In this document: one piece after another, positions 1 to 8,056 of the stretch
Layout: the number at the start of each line of letters is the position of its first letter
Numbering within the stretch: position 1 is the first letter of the stretch
IMG/VR virus record: IMGVR_UViG_2765236019_000001
Location: 11,054-75,053 of that record
Direction: 5' to 3' (one strand)
DNA length: 64,000 nucleotides
Source of the DNA: a virus
Taxonomy: Duplodnaviria; Caudoviricetes
The notes under the pieces: model-generated
The model's input: only the letters and a program-made list of their open reading frames with translations
Told to the model about the DNA's origin: nothing
The model's database searches: none
Program-made: the position numbers and the translations under genes

Positions 1-118
1 GGTGTGCCAGACGACGCGGGGCGGGAGGCTGGGGGTGTCCATGGCACCACCGATTCGGCCGCTGCCAATCCGCTCGGCGCCGGGTATCCATCGTGTGCCC
101 ATGGGGCTCCTTGGGGTC

Positions 119-346
119 TTACGCGTACTGGTGGGATCTCTGCGGGTAGCGGCAGGTGCGGGCGGCTGCGGCATCCTCGTCCAGGCCGAGGGATCCGAAC
201 GTGCGCGGTTCGAGAGTGTCGGATCGGGACTCGTTGGTGAGGCGCTCGACGTAGCCGCCTCGGTTGGGGGCGGCCTTGCGGATCGTGCCGTCGCAGGCGC
301 CGTAGCCAAGTTCGGTGGTGAGGGGGGCTCGGGGGATGTATGCCAT
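119..346 (-). CDS. Small hypothetical phage protein
   Basis: 75 aa ORF; start overlaps the upstream stop at 346. Confidence 0.6.
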   Translation of the reverse strand: MAYIPRAPLTTELGYGACDGTIRKAAPNRGGYVERLTNESRSDTLEPRTFGSLGLDEDAAAARTCRYPQRSHQYA

Positions 347-540
347 CAGCTCTCGATCTTCCTGCGGGGCACGGGGGCGGTCAGGCGCTTGGTGGATCCC
401 AGGAGTGAGCGGTCGTTGAAAACGTTCGCCAGGCGTGACTGGGCCAGGAGGCGCTCGTCGATGGTGACCTTGACGTTGTCGCCCCGGCCGCTTCGTCTGC
501 GGTCGAACATGCTCATGGGCTGGCGTGGCTTATCCGGCAT
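346..540 (-). CDS. Small basic hypothetical protein
   Basis: 64 aa ORF in a tightly packed operon. Confidence 0.6.
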   Translation of the reverse strand: MPDKPRQPMSMFDRRRSGRGDNVKVTIDERLLAQSRLANVFNDRSLLGSTKRLTAPVPRRKIES

Positions 541-748
541 GGCTGTGCTCCCTTTGCGGTGGCGGATACACGGAGTCGACGTTGAGGGCGTCGGCCAGTG
601 TGGGTGCGAACCAGCGCTTGCCGTGGGTGCCGTACACAGGCTTCGGTGGGTTCCAGGTGCCCTGTGCGACGGGTCGGGTCAGCGCGGCGAGGGTGTCGTC
701 GACCTGCTGCTCACGGCTGGTCGACCAGGGGCGGGGGGCGTATTCCAC
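530..748 (-). CDS. Small hypothetical protein
   Basis: 72 aa ORF, 3 nt after the upstream stop, GGAGG RBS. Confidence 0.65.
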   Translation of the reverse strand: MEYAPRPWSTSREQQVDDTLAALTRPVAQGTWNPPKPVYGTHGKRWFAPTLADALNVDSVYPPPQREHSHAG

Positions 749-751
749 GGG

Positions 752-1219
752 CTACCTCCAGGCCGGGAGCAGGGATCGCAGGTCGGTGCGGGGTTGGTCT
801 TCGGTGCCGGGTGTCTTGGTGGGGTTGCGCAGGGGTGTGCCTTCGGGGTTGCCGGTGGCGGTCCATCGGCGTCCGCGGAGTTGGTGTTCGATCCCGGTCA
901 TGGGGTGGAAGTCGGCGGGCCACTGGTAGTCGGCGGCGCTGAGTCGGGTGCCTTTGTGGATGCCCCTGGTGGTGGGCCGGTTGTTGTTGCGTTGTGCGGT
1001 CCGTGCGCCGGAGTTGGCCAGCCGGTCGGCGCGGCGTGAGGTGACGGTGCCGAGATAGCCGTCGGGGTATTCGGCCTGTCCCAGGCGGGGTGCGGAGAGG
1101 TTCCTTCGTGCCTGGGAGATGGTCTGGGCGCCGGTGAGGTGGGTGCTGCCTCCACCGCCCACAACTGCGCTGCCTGCGCCGGGGAGTTGGTAGGGGGCGG
1201 AGTAGTACAGGTCGCTCAC
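752..1219 (-). CDS. Hypothetical phage protein (AEYPDGYLGT...RGIHKG motif)
   Basis: 155 aa; GTGA overlap with upstream gene. Confidence 0.75.
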   Translation of the reverse strand: MSDLYYSAPYQLPGAGSAVVGGGGSTHLTGAQTISQARRNLSAPRLGQAEYPDGYLGTVTSRRADRLANSGARTAQRNNNRPTTRGIHKGTRLSAADYQWPADFHPMTGIEHQLRGRRWTATGNPEGTPLRNPTKTPGTEDQPRTDLRSLLPAWR

Positions 1220-1545
1220 GTCGCGCGCACCTGGCTGTTGCGGACGGGGTTGGACCCGGCGTAGCGGGTGACGGTGTCCATGCCGGTCTGCTGGCTCTGG
1301 CGGCTCTTGACGACCTGGTCCGGGGTGATGCCGCGGGTGCGTGCCTCGTTCTGGATTTCGTTGATGCGTGCCAGGACGCCGGAGCGGTACTGGGTGTCGG
1401 CTCCTGCGAGGCCGCCGATGATGTTGGCTGCCATGGAGGTGCGTTCCATGGGCTGGGTGCCGGTGGCCATGTTGGACAGCTCGCGGCCGACCTTGCCGAA
1501 CTGGGCGCCGTTAAGGACGCCGGAGCTGAAGTCTCCGAGGGCCAT
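1216..1545 (-). CDS. Hypothetical protein, possibly virion-associated
   Basis: 109 aa, AGGAG RBS. Confidence 0.7.
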   Translation of the reverse strand: MALGDFSSGVLNGAQFGKVGRELSNMATGTQPMERTSMAANIIGGLAGADTQYRSGVLARINEIQNEARTRGITPDQVVKSRQSQQTGMDTVTRYAGSNPVRNSQVRAT

Positions 1546-1553
1546 GGCGGCTC

Positions 1554-1745
1554 CTAGCGTGTGTAGACGGGGTTGGATTCCGTCGGCGGGTTCGGGGGGT
1601 CGGTTTGGCTGTGGGCGAGGGCTGTTCCGAACTGGGCGGCGCTGAGGAGGCGGGCTGCGGCGCCCGTTGATTCGGTGGCGGTGGCCCGGCCCAGGGTGGG
1701 CAGGGCGGTGCGGGCGGCGGCCAGGAGGAGGGGGAGCACGGTCAC
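1554..1745 (-). CDS. Small Ala-rich hypothetical protein
   Basis: 63 aa; GTGA overlap, GGAGG RBS. Confidence 0.55.
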   Translation of the reverse strand: MTVLPLLLAAARTALPTLGRATATESTGAAARLLSAAQFGTALAHSQTDPPNPPTESNPVYTR

Positions 1746-2038
1746 CTCCCGCTGGTGTCGAAGCAGAACTTGGTGGGAATGTGGGTGACTGCGCGGCCGG
1801 TTGCGCCTGCGACGGGGACGTTGGAGACGTGCCGGTCGGCCTTGATGGGGCCCGGTCCGGTGCGGTCGAGTTTGCGGCTGCGGATGCCGGTGGCGGGCTC
1901 GGGGTAGGGGCTGCCGCCTTTGGCGTTGCCGTTCTTCTTCACGGGCGTACCGCCCTGGGGCTGGACGTAGGTGCTCGCCAGGGCCATGGACTTACCCATG
2001 GTGGGGAACTGCCCGGATGAAATGATGTGCTCGCTCAC
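1742..2038 (-). CDS. Gly/Pro/Lys-rich hypothetical protein
   Basis: GTG start after AGGAGG; first gene after the promoter motif at 2085-2114. Confidence 0.7.
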   Translation of the reverse strand: MSEHIISSGQFPTMGKSMALASTYVQPQGGTPVKKNGNAKGGSPYPEPATGIRSRKLDRTGPGPIKADRHVSNVPVAGATGRAVTHIPTKFCFDTSGR

Positions 2039-2084
2039 GATGGCCTCCTGCGCCCTCAAGCAGCCGCTTTCCTATTCGCTTTCG

Positions 2085-2114
2085 AGAGTAGGTAGGAGGG
2101 TTCTTTTTGTGGTA
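2085..2114 (-). promoter_or_regulatory. Phage promoter motif TACC-N20-TACTCT
   Basis: Matches the motif repeated upstream of 13 units; directly follows a terminator hairpin. Confidence 0.7.
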
Positions 2115-2118
2115 ACGG

Positions 2119-2147
2119 GAAGGCCCCCGCTGTCAGCGGGGGCCTTC
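2119..2147 (-). terminator. Hairpin terminator after ruvC-like gene
   Basis: GAAGGCCCCCGC-TGTCA-GCGGGGGCCTTC. Confidence 0.75.
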
Positions 2148-2148
2148 T

Positions 2149-2721
2149 TCACGCCACCTGCTGCAATGGCGAAGCTCCTGTGGGTTTGAGGTGCTGCACT
2201 GCTGCTATCTCTTGCGGGGTTCCTCTGCCGGTGTAGACGGCGGAGGCAACGCGTGCCAGGGCGTAGGCGTCGGCGAGGTTGTCGTCGCGGAAAATGGCGC
2301 CGTATCTGTGGGAGACGGTGGCGATCATTTCCTGCTTCGTGGCATTTCCCTTTCCCGTGACGAACTTCTTGAGGGTGGTTGGGGGAACGACAAGAGGTCG
2401 CCGCCAGGGCTGCACGCCAGCAATCTCGGAGATGGCCAGCTTGACGGTCGCACCGAGTTCTCCGAGGGCCTCGCGCTGGTATTTCGATCCGTGAGAGTAG
2501 CCCTCCAGGGCGACTGCGGAGACTCCTCCGAAAGCGCAGCAGACGCCGGACAGCATCATTTGCACATCACGGAATATTCTGGCGAGCCGGTCGGACTGGG
2601 AGGCAAAATTCTTCGCTTCCCATCTGCTGGTCTTGGTCTGGTAAATCTCGCTGGGATGGCAGTAGATGGCCAGGGCGAAACCAGAGTAAGACTGATCGAT
2701 CCCGATGAACGGATACGTCAC
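2149..2721 (-). CDS. ruvC: RuvC-like Holliday junction resolvase
   Basis: IGIDQS, LEGYS, KKFVTGKGNATK and DDNLADA RuvC-family motifs; start reset to GTG 2721. Confidence 0.85.
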   Translation of the reverse strand: MTYPFIGIDQSYSGFALAIYCHPSEIYQTKTSRWEAKNFASQSDRLARIFRDVQMMLSGVCCAFGGVSAVALEGYSHGSKYQREALGELGATVKLAISEIAGVQPWRRPLVVPPTTLKKFVTGKGNATKQEMIATVSHRYGAIFRDDNLADAYALARVASAVYTGRGTPQEIAAVQHLKPTGASPLQQVA

Positions 2722-2945
2722 TAAACCTTCTCCCACTGGATGGCCGCACGCTCCAGGTGATGGTCGTAGGACACTTCTTCTGGACCCTCGTAGGGCCGGT
2801 CGCGGTAGAGCATGGAAAGCACCCACTGCGCCGAGGCAAGGCTCGCGTACGGCCCATACCGGAGACGGCGCTGTGTTCCGCACTTGTAGGTGATGCGGCG
2901 CACGACGCAGTAGACCTCCGAGGAATCTGTGCGAATGCGTCTCAT
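2721..2945 (-). CDS. Hypothetical protein
   Basis: ATGA overlap with upstream gene; stop overlaps ruvC start. Confidence 0.55.
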   Translation of the reverse strand: MRRIRTDSSEVYCVVRRITYKCGTQRRLRYGPYASLASAQWVLSMLYRDRPYEGPEEVSYDHHLERAAIQWEKV

Positions 2946-3385
2946 GCGGCCAGGTCCCCGTTCAGAACGGCACCGGGGATGTAGGGCGACCTGCGTGTGG
3001 TATGGGCACTGCACTTCAGGCAGACCAGAACGATGTGGGCCCTGGGGGTGCCTGGCGCGGCCACGGTGGTGGGCTGCCAGTTGTGGCGTGCCAGGTCTAT
3101 GCAGGTGTTAGGGAGTCGGCGCAGGGCTGCTGACGGGGACCTGAGCAGGACGTAGCAGTCGGAGGTGAAGCGGGTCCGGAGAATGCGGGATGTGCGGCCT
3201 CTTTGGTCCAAGTGTGTGGAGCCGGAGTCGACGCGCCGCTGCGTTCGGTCGCTATTGGTGAGGACGACGACCTCCACGCGGTTCGGGTGGACCTCTTCGA
3301 CGCGTACGGTTCGGCCGCGACGACGGCTGTCGGCGTCGGCCCAGACCTGGCCGGGTGCCACCAGGGATCGGCCCAGCTTGCTCAT
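2942..3385 (-). CDS. Hypothetical protein (PGQVWADADSR SH3-like N-terminus)
   Basis: 147 aa ORF abutting upstream stop. Confidence 0.6.
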   Translation of the reverse strand: MSKLGRSLVAPGQVWADADSRRRGRTVRVEEVHPNRVEVVVLTNSDRTQRRVDSGSTHLDQRGRTSRILRTRFTSDCYVLLRSPSAALRRLPNTCIDLARHNWQPTTVAAPGTPRAHIVLVCLKCSAHTTRRSPYIPGAVLNGDLAA

Positions 3386-3535
3386 CTAAACGCCCTTCCA
3401 GTGCAGTTCGGTGTCCATGTCGGGCTCCAGGCGGCAGGCTGTGCACAGGGCCTCACCGTCGATGTACTGGCGTTCTTCGTCGGCGTCGATCTCGTAGCCG
3501 CAGGCGCAGACAGTGGCGCTGAGGTGAGTGATCAC
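3386..3535 (-). CDS. 49 aa zinc-ribbon-like protein (CAC...CTAC)
   Basis: Hand-translated MITHLSATVCACGYEIDADEERQYIDGEALCTACRLEP...; fills the gap with a GTGA overlap. Confidence 0.6.
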   Translation of the reverse strand: MITHLSATVCACGYEIDADEERQYIDGEALCTACRLEPDMDTELHWKGV

Positions 3536-3879
3536 TGCTTCTCCCACTGCTCCAGGAGGCGGTCGTAGGCCGACTTGGAGCAGATGGCGTCAGCGCGCGC
3601 GGCGTCTCGCTCTGCTTGGGCCGCCTTCAGCTCCGCGCGCAGCCGGTCCATCTCCGCTGTGGCGTCTTCGAGCTGCCGCTTCCACATGGCAACGTCGGTG
3701 ACCTGTACGGCCGCCCGCAGGCGCTTCAGGTCGCCTTCGTCCAGGACGAGGGACAGCGCGAGGCTGGTGTCCTTGCACGCCAGGGCACGGTTTTGTACGA
3801 CGCTCCCGGAGGCCGTGGTGGCGTCGACCATGAGGTGGTGCCGAGTGCCGAGGGTGCTGAGGCGGAATCGTGTGGGCAT
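3532..3879 (-). CDS. Coiled-coil hypothetical protein
   Basis: MPTRFRL start after GGGAG; C-terminal heptads. Confidence 0.6.
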   Translation of the reverse strand: MPTRFRLSTLGTRHHLMVDATTASGSVVQNRALACKDTSLALSLVLDEGDLKRLRAAVQVTDVAMWKRQLEDATAEMDRLRAELKAAQAERDAARADAICSKSAYDRLLEQWEKQ

Positions 3880-3896
3880 TGTCTTGCTCCCGGTGG

Positions 3897-4061
3897 TCAG
3901 TTGGAGATGGGCCGGTAGTTCTTGGTGAGGTTTTCGGGACGGATGGATACGGCGGTCCGGCGGCCGGTGCCCAGGTTGTAGACGAAAGCGGATCGGAGCG
4001 CTGAGTTCGTCTTCGAGCTGCGGAGGACGGCGAGCTTCTGGAGGTCCTTGTGGAGATACAT
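3897..4061 (-). CDS. 54 aa hypothetical protein
   Basis: Hand-translated MYLHKDLQKLAVLRSS...; fills the gap. Confidence 0.4.
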   Translation of the reverse strand: MYLHKDLQKLAVLRSSKTNSALRSAFVYNLGTGRRTAVSIRPENLTKNYRPISN

Positions 4062-4088
4062 CTGTCCGTTGTTCACCGGCGTTTCCTT

Positions 4089-4589
4089 TCACGAGGACCA
4101 GCGCTGTGCGCGAGTCTCCCGGTCGTTGCGTCCGACGCGTCGGGTGAGTTCGCGAGAGACGACCGCGGCTTTGGCGTTGAGTCCGTTGTAGATGGATTCG
4201 AGGAGCTTGCGGGTGGCATAGGCGGTGTTGTAGGCGTCCATGAACTGGTGGACTTGCGGGTCTGCTGCTGCTGCGGCCTTCTGTGCGGTCACGGACTTCT
4301 CGCTTTTTGCTTTGACTGCCGCCAGGGCTCGGTAGCGTTCGAGGTTGGTCTCAGCTTGCTTCTCGTCGACTGCGGCTTGGGCGAGCCGAGTTCCGGCGAA
4401 CTCGCTCCAGTTGGTCAGTTCCACGAAGGTCTGCATCAGGGCGTCGTCGGGAAGTTCCGTCAGGTCCGGCGGTAGCTCGGGGGCGTCCTCGCCGGGGCGC
4501 TGAGGGAGCTTCAGGCCCTTCACTCGAAGGCGCCGCACTGTCCGCTGTGCCAGAGTTGGCTCCGCGCTGTCGTCCGGGAACGCCTTCAT
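4089..4589 (-). CDS. Helical hypothetical protein, possibly a recombination mediator
   Basis: GAGGAG RBS before MKAFPDD; helical coiled-coil sequence; recombination-module context. Confidence 0.6.
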   Translation of the reverse strand: MKAFPDDSAEPTLAQRTVRRLRVKGLKLPQRPGEDAPELPPDLTELPDDALMQTFVELTNWSEFAGTRLAQAAVDEKQAETNLERYRALAAVKAKSEKSVTAQKAAAAADPQVHQFMDAYNTAYATRKLLESIYNGLNAKAAVVSRELTRRVGRNDRETRAQRWSS

Positions 4590-5466
4590 CGCTCTCCTCG
4601 TACGCGTTGCATTCTTTGCAGCCGCCCTTGGGACAGGCAGGCGGATCGTTTCTTCCGAGCCGCTCATTGATTTCCTGGCACGTCGCTATGCGGTCTGCGA
4701 TGACGTCGTAGTTCGCCTTGACGGTGAAGCTTTTGACGTCCTGCGTCAGCTTCGACTCGTAGATGAACTCGGCGCCGTCCACGTCGAGTCCCATGAATGT
4801 GTTGGCGAGCCAGATGTATATCTGCACCTGCCGGATGTGGGAGGGGAAGGGGGTGCGAGTGTCTCTCCACAGTCCCTTGGCGTTTACGTAGGGTCGGCCG
4901 TCTGCGTCTTTGTGGGTGTGCCGTGTCAGGAGCTGGGGGTGCTCGTAGCGGTAGGTGCCCTCTCCGACCGTCTTGATTTCCAGGATCTTGCGGATGGGGA
5001 CGAGCAGGCCGTCGGCGTGTCCTGCGATGCGGTGGCTGGCGATGGCGCGAAGAGGGACTTCGGCGTACTCAAGTGCGGTTGAGCTGCACCGGTCGCACGC
5101 AGCAGGACTCTTGGCCCACCAGGTCTGCACGCAGTTGAGGCATCTGAAATTCCCTTCCAGCCAGCCGATTTCCCAGGCGCGGTCCTGCCACGTGCGGTGG
5201 GTTGCGTGCCCGTTGTCGAAGATGTTCAGGGTCTGGAACCCGAACTTCTGCTTGTGGTGGATGCCGGTCTCGATGCGCAGGTAGGTGGCTCGGGGGCACC
5301 AGTCAGCCTTGGCGACCTCCGAGGGGTGGATGATGTCCTGGCGGCGGCTGTTGTCCTTTGCGTGCTTGTCGAGGAGATGTGCCTTCGCCTTGGTCAGGAA
5401 GGTCTGAGGAGTGGTCTTGGTGAAGAGGTCGGCGAGGGAGGGATTGCGCCTTTGGTGGGCCTTCAT
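4351..5466 (-). CDS. Cas4/AddB-like PD-(D/E)XK exonuclease
   Basis: HPSE..WCPR, G..H, GHADG, LEIKT, Q..IY motifs; C-terminal CPKGGCKEC. Confidence 0.85.
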   Translation of the reverse strand: MKAHQRRNPSLADLFTKTTPQTFLTKAKAHLLDKHAKDNSRRQDIIHPSEVAKADWCPRATYLRIETGIHHKQKFGFQTLNIFDNGHATHRTWQDRAWEIGWLEGNFRCLNCVQTWWAKSPAACDRCSSTALEYAEVPLRAIASHRIAGHADGLLVPIRKILEIKTVGEGTYRYEHPQLLTRHTHKDADGRPYVNAKGLWRDTRTPFPSHIRQVQIYIWLANTFMGLDVDGAEFIYESKLTQDVKSFTVKANYDVIADRIATCQEINERLGRNDPPACPKGGCKECNAYEESDEGVPGRQRGANSGTADSAAPSSEGPEAPSAPRRGRPRATAGPDGTSRRRPDADLRGTDQLERVRRNSARPSRSRREAS

Positions 5467-5951
5467 GCTGCTGCCTTTGTGGTTTGAGGATCGCCCACGT
5501 GGCGCCATGTTTCGTGGCGGACGACGCAGCCTACGGCTGTCCGGCCTATTCCGTGTGCGCGGGCTAGTTCGGATTGGGTGTAGTGGCCGCTGTCGTATTG
5601 CTGGCGTATCTGTCGGACGGTTTCCTCAGTGAGCTTGGCGTAGGGGTGTGATTCGCCGACGTGACGCGGTGGGGGCACTCCGCGTCCTTTGTGCCACATA
5701 TCGATGACGTTGTCGGCCTGCGTCCCTTCCGAGAGATGATCAGGGCGGACGCAGATGGTGTTGTCGCATGCGTGGAGGATGATTCCTTCGGGCATCTTTC
5801 CGGAGGCCAGATAGTAGGCGTATCGGTGTGCGTAGTAGCGCTTCCCCTGGGCCCAGAAGGTGCCGTATCCGTTGCCTCGGTTGCCCCCGGTCCATATCCA
5901 GCAGCCATCAGTCTTGTGTACTCGGGACCAGAACTCTTCTCCGGGGATCAC
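5463..5951 (-). CDS. HNH homing endonuclease with C-terminal HTH
   Basis: CWIWTG, GYG, AHR, HACDNTICVRPDHL, GESHPYAKLTE. Confidence 0.9.
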   Translation of the reverse strand: MIPGEEFWSRVHKTDGCWIWTGGNRGNGYGTFWAQGKRYYAHRYAYYLASGKMPEGIILHACDNTICVRPDHLSEGTQADNVIDMWHKGRGVPPPRHVGESHPYAKLTEETVRQIRQQYDSGHYTQSELARAHGIGRTAVGCVVRHETWRHVGDPQTTKAAA

Positions 5952-6304
5952 TTTGCTCTTGCCTTTTCGTCGAAGAGGCTGAGCGGCGGGGCGTTTTCGA
6001 CCGTCCACTTGTCGGGGAGCCTTCTGTAGTGCCTGCGCATCCAGCCGAGTTGCTGCTGGTTGAGCCCTCCCCAGCAGCCGAAGCGCTCGCAGTTGGCGAG
6101 GGCCTGGTACAGGCAGCTGTCCCGCATGGGGCAGACGACGCCGTCATTGGTTCCGTTGCAGATGTCGGCGGCGTGGTCCATGTCGTCGAACCAGGGATCA
6201 GTGACATTCGTGTGCGGCGTCGGGAATTTTCGGCACTTGGCCTCCTTGCAGGAGTCGTCGCCAGCGCTCCAGTCGGGTGCGGCCTTGCGTGAATACAGGG
6301 CCAC
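5948..6304 (-). CDS. whiB: WhiB-family Fe-S transcription factor
   Basis: C..., C-x7-CPMRDSCL and GCWGGL (GVWGG-like turn). Confidence 0.85.
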   Translation of the reverse strand: MALYSRKAAPDWSAGDDSCKEAKCRKFPTPHTNVTDPWFDDMDHAADICNGTNDGVVCPMRDSCLYQALANCERFGCWGGLNQQQLGWMRRHYRRLPDKWTVENAPPLSLFDEKARAK

Positions 6305-6609
6305 TAGGCGTCCAGGAGGGTGTCGAAAGTCTCCTGGCTGATGACCATCCAGTTACGGCCGCCGAGTTCTACGGCGAAGACCATTTCCCGGCCGGATATA
6401 AGGGCGTTCCTCTCAGCCTTGAGGAGATCGTCCAGGCGGAGCGAGTAGGACTTCTTCTCCGTGGTCTTGGCTTCGAACGAAAACCGCGCGGACCGCACGT
6501 CATTCTTGTGGAGCCAGCCGTTTCCCGATCCCGGATTGACCACGCCCTGATACTTGGCGGCGAGAGCCTTTTCCTGCGCCTGGGACTTCTTCAGGCCGCC
6601 CCTGGTCAC
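6304..6609 (-). CDS. Hjc-like PD-(D/E)XK resolvase/nuclease
   Basis: E...A, PGSGNG, D, FEAKTT motifs. Confidence 0.7.
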   Translation of the reverse strand: MTRGGLKKSQAQEKALAAKYQGVVNPGSGNGWLHKNDVRSARFSFEAKTTEKKSYSLRLDDLLKAERNALISGREMVFAVELGGRNWMVISQETFDTLLDA

Positions 6610-7673
6610 GCCGCCTCCAGCTCACGCTGGCGCGGATCCGCGGCCTGGAGTACTGCGGCCGTCAGGGCATCCTGGAGGTCGGCGTCCTCCCGGATGGCGC
6701 TGAGCATCTCCTCCTTGCCCTTCCACCGCAGTTCCTCGCCATAGGAGAAGTAGGCGCCGCGCCTTGCGACAACGTCGTAATAAACGGACCACGTGATGAG
6801 GTCCTTGACGGTGTCGAACTCCCCGGCCCGGAATCCGAGTGCAGCCGCGTCCTCGAAGTAGTAGTCGGACTGCGAGACCTTCTGTCCGGCTATCTGCTTG
6901 TTCTTGATGGTCTTGAACTTGCATACCTGGCCGACGCGGGCCTTGCCCTTGCCGGGACGGGCTTCGTCGATCCACTCGGCGCGAGCAACTTCCAGGCGGC
7001 AGTAGTACGCGAAATTCTTAGCGAGACCGCCTGGGGTGGTCTTGGGGACCTGACCGTGCATAGCGCGGGCGCCTATCTTCTCCCGCCACTGATTGATGAT
7101 CAGGCCCGTCACCGGCCGCTGAGTGCCGGATATCGCCTTGCCGGTCTCCTTGCCGATCTTCCTGAAGAACTTCCCGACGAGCCGGGCGCCGAGCGTCATA
7201 GACGCCTCGTCCATGTCCTTTTCCGCTTCGCCGTCCGGCACGAGGGCCGGGTAGCTATCGAGGACGATGAGGTCGACGGCACGGGCCCGCGCCGCGTCGA
7301 TCATGACCTGGAACGCCTCTTCCATCCGGTTCGTGGCGTGAACGATGACGTTGGCAGTGTTGACACCGAGCATCTTGGCCTGGTCGGAGTCGTAGGCTTC
7401 GGCGGCGATCCACAAGGTCACGAAGTCTTCAGAGCGGCGCTGGTTGTATGCGACGGTCTGATGGCAGACGGTGGTTTTCCCGGAGCCCTCCATCCCGATG
7501 ACCTCGCTCCACTGATTGCGGGGGAACCCGCCACCCAGAATGAGGTCCAGGCTCAGAATTCCAGTGGGCAGCTGCCCCGAGTCCATCAGGGAACTGGCCA
7601 GCACGAGTGAGCCCTCCCCGTACTGCCGGTTGATCCGTGCCATGAGCGCGACCGCTTCATCGGTCAGAGCCAT
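6606..7673 (-). CDS. recA: RecA/UvsX-like recombinase
   Basis: PTGILSLDLILGGG, Walker A GMEGSGKT, VLDS, INQWREKIG, TTPGG. Confidence 0.93.
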   Translation of the reverse strand: MALTDEAVALMARINRQYGEGSLVLASSLMDSGQLPTGILSLDLILGGGFPRNQWSEVIGMEGSGKTTVCHQTVAYNQRRSEDFVTLWIAAEAYDSDQAKMLGVNTANVIVHATNRMEEAFQVMIDAARARAVDLIVLDSYPALVPDGEAEKDMDEASMTLGARLVGKFFRKIGKETGKAISGTQRPVTGLIINQWREKIGARAMHGQVPKTTPGGLAKNFAYYCRLEVARAEWIDEARPGKGKARVGQVCKFKTIKNKQIAGQKVSQSDYYFEDAAALGFRAGEFDTVKDLITWSVYYDVVARRGAYFSYGEELRWKGKEEMLSAIREDADLQDALTAAVLQAADPRQRELEAA

Positions 7674-7815
7674 CCGCGCAACCTCCCCACATTTGTTGAC
7701 AGATACGAAGCAAACGTCTGTCACGGCAATGCCGAGAGGCTATGCGGGAGTCACCAGCAATGTCCTTGCGGAGAGTTACTCCCCTGGATCACGAAAAAGT
7801 AAAGAACGTCAACGC

Positions 7816-7854
7816 GGAAAGCCCCCAGGGCATGTGAAGCCCGGGGGACTTTCC
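7816..7854 (-). terminator. Imperfect hairpin, likely terminator
   Basis: GGAAAGCCCCCAGGGC...GCCCGGGGGACTTTCC. Confidence 0.5.
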
Positions 7855-7865
7855 AACAGGAGTTG

Positions 7866-8042
7866 CTACGCTGTAAGTTCCACACCGACCCGGCGCAGCT
7901 CATCGATGATCTCGGTGAGCACCTGAACCCTCCCAGCGTCTTCCCCTGTCGCATAGGTCGACGACCAGTACTCGACGCGCTCTTCGAGTCCGGACGCGAC
8001 TTCCTCAAGGACTGCCGCAATGGCCAGATGAATGTCCCTCAC
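7866..8042 (-). CDS. Small acidic hypothetical protein
   Basis: GTG after GGAGGTGGCGGAG. Confidence 0.55.
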   Translation of the reverse strand: MRDIHLAIAAVLEEVASGLEERVEYWSSTYATGEDAGRVQVLTEIIDELRRVGVELTA

Positions 8043-8056
8043 AGCTCCGCCACCTC

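Noticed and set aside
4351-5466. CRISPR-Cas system suggested by the Cas4-like gene
   Set aside because: No repeat-spacer array or other cas genes seen; recombination-module context
7749-7778. TAAC upstream of recA as a further motif copy
   Set aside because: Hexamer at N20 is GTGACT, lacking the conserved A
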